A stretch of 64,000 nt of DNA from Podarcis cretensis (Eukaryota), in contig OX638156.1 of NCBI GenBank assembly GCA_951804945.1, positions 44,702,001 through 44,766,000 of the forward strand, given 5' to 3'. Shown here piece after piece: positions 62,276 to 64,000 of this stretch (position 1 is the stretch's first letter; the number at the start of each line of letters is the position of its first letter). The translations under genes and the position numbers were made by a program. Below the pieces are notes generated by a model. It was given only the letters and a program-made list of their open reading frames with translations, did no database searches and had not been told where the DNA came from.

Positions 62276-63431
62276 GTAAACTATAAGTTGCACAGTAAAC
62301 TGCTTAGAGGTTTTCTCACAATCAAGTCATATATAAATTTCATGAAATAAAATTAATCAAAACTAACAAATTGTTCATAACTTTTAAAGGGAGATGGTTT
62401 CACAGTATGGGTGCCACTGCAGAGAAGGCCCTATGAACTACAATGATCTACATCCATCCCAGACAATGGCACTTTCCCCTTTGCAGGTTTCAGGTATAGG
62501 ACCATTCTTGCTTGGAGACTAACTTAAAAATGCTCTTCGCCAGCAACAACAGGCCACACAACAGAGACACAACTAGATGCCAACTCTGACCTACACAGTA
62601 TAGGATGGATAATAGATTAAAGCACTTTATATAAAGCCTAGGTTACATGAACTAAGTTTATTGTTACATGAATTTATTCATAGCTATCAATGGATTTTAT
62701 TAAATTTAATAAAACTTAATAAAAGAAGAAATGCACTCAGAAGAAATGCACTGCAAATGAGTAAGTTACTTACATCAATGGGTCTACTTTGAGCAGATCT
62801 AGTATTGAATGTTCCTATGCTCTAGGTATTTTTGCCCCATGGACCACAAGCAACAGTAGGTGGAAAGTGGGCATCACATGCCACTGGGTATGGCCAGAGC
62901 CAATGGTGGGTAGGGTCTGGGCTCACATACACACACACTCTTGAGGACGAGGAGATAAACCTTCTCTGTGTACCATTCTCTCAATCATGACTGCACTCCT
63001 CGTAGTCTAAGTTTGATTTATATGGAGACTGAGGTACAAAGGGGGGGGGGATGACTTCCTGCACACATCTTTCTCCATTCCAATTGTGCTTCCTTCAAGC
63101 CAGCTAAAAAGATGTTTAGTGGCCTGAGGGAATATAGCTGCAATCAGGAAGTAAGTGAATGGAGAGTACCATCCCTGAGCACTTTTCTCCCCATGGCAAC
63201 TGTGTTCTGAAGAGCCTACCTAATAGCCTGCATGATGGGTTGGGCACCAAAATTCAACAGCAAATAGAAGAAATTGGGAGGCAGTGGGAGTGTCTTGGAC
63301 ATCCATGCAAAGCACAATGAAGGCCTGTATGAAGCCTGTGGGTTGTCCATGTGTGCTTTACACAATAGCTATGGTATTTTAAAATATGTATGCATAATAA
63401 CAAATAAACTAGACCTAAGATTTTGATTTTC

Positions 63432-63788
63432 GGGACGCAGGTGGCGCTGTGGGTTAAAGCCTCAGCGCCTAGGACTTGCCGATCGAAAGGTCGGCGGTTC
63501 GAATCCCTGCGGCGGGGTGCGCTCCCGCTGCTCGGTCCCAGCGCCTGCCAACCTAGCAGTTCGAAAGCACCTCCGGGTGCAAGTAGATAAATAGGGACCG
63601 CTTACCAGCGGGAAGGTAAACGGCGTTTCCGTGTGCAGCTCTGGCTCGCCAGAGCAGCGATGTCACGCTGGCCACGTGACCCGGAAATGTCTCCGGACAG
63701 CGCTGGCCTCTGGCCTCTTGAGTGAGATGGGCGCACAACCCCAGAGTCTGTCAAGACTGGCCCGTACGGGCAGGGGTACCTTTACCTT
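63432..63788 (+). mobile_element. Sauria SINE, full length, young
   Basis: GGGACGCAGGTGGCGCTGTGG head, B box GGTTCGAATCC, (ACCTTT)n tail, many intact CpGs. 14-bp TSD TAAGATTTTGATTT at 63416-63429 and 63789-63802. Confidence 0.95.
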
Positions 63789-64000
63789 TAAGATTTTGAT
63801 TTGCTACTTTCTACAATATATATGTGCATATAATGCTGAATTATCAGCCTTTTTTTAAAAAAAGACATTTTAAAAAGTGGCTTTGCAATGAAAGGGACTG
63901 TTGTGCCAAAAAGGTGGGACATTTTCACGGGCATTCCTCATTTCACGTATAAAACGGATTGCTGCTAATGGCTTCTTTTACCTGCAGATGTCCTTGGGAG

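Noticed and set aside
63432-63510. tRNA gene
   Set aside because: The A/B boxes belong to the SINE head; no cloverleaf. The same applies to the other SINE heads.

Overview
Vertebrate non-coding DNA (intronic or intergenic) from a squamate reptile, probably a lacertid lizard. The basis is the repeat content: Sauria SINEs, a Squam3-like SINE, a Penelope/Neptune fragment, CR1, L2, L1 and RTE LINE pieces, and many hAT and Tc1/mariner MITEs. I found no recognisable cellular protein-coding exon. All ORFs with real protein signal are retrotransposon reverse-transcriptase remnants. The most striking structure is a young Penelope-like insertion (3081-3552, 11-bp TSD). It is a near-perfect 196-bp inverted repeat with a minimal hammerhead ribozyme on each strand, nested inside a hAT MITE. 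Other notable features are a 48-bp hairpin whose mismatches are mostly G-U compatible (2529-2636), several nested TE insertions, a MITE loaded with housekeeping-promoter motifs, repeat-free blocks that look like conserved non-coding elements, and a CpG-rich patch beside an assembly gap. There are two N gaps. I see no convincing wholly new biological system. Family assignments come from recognising termini, TSDs and motifs by eye, not from database searches.
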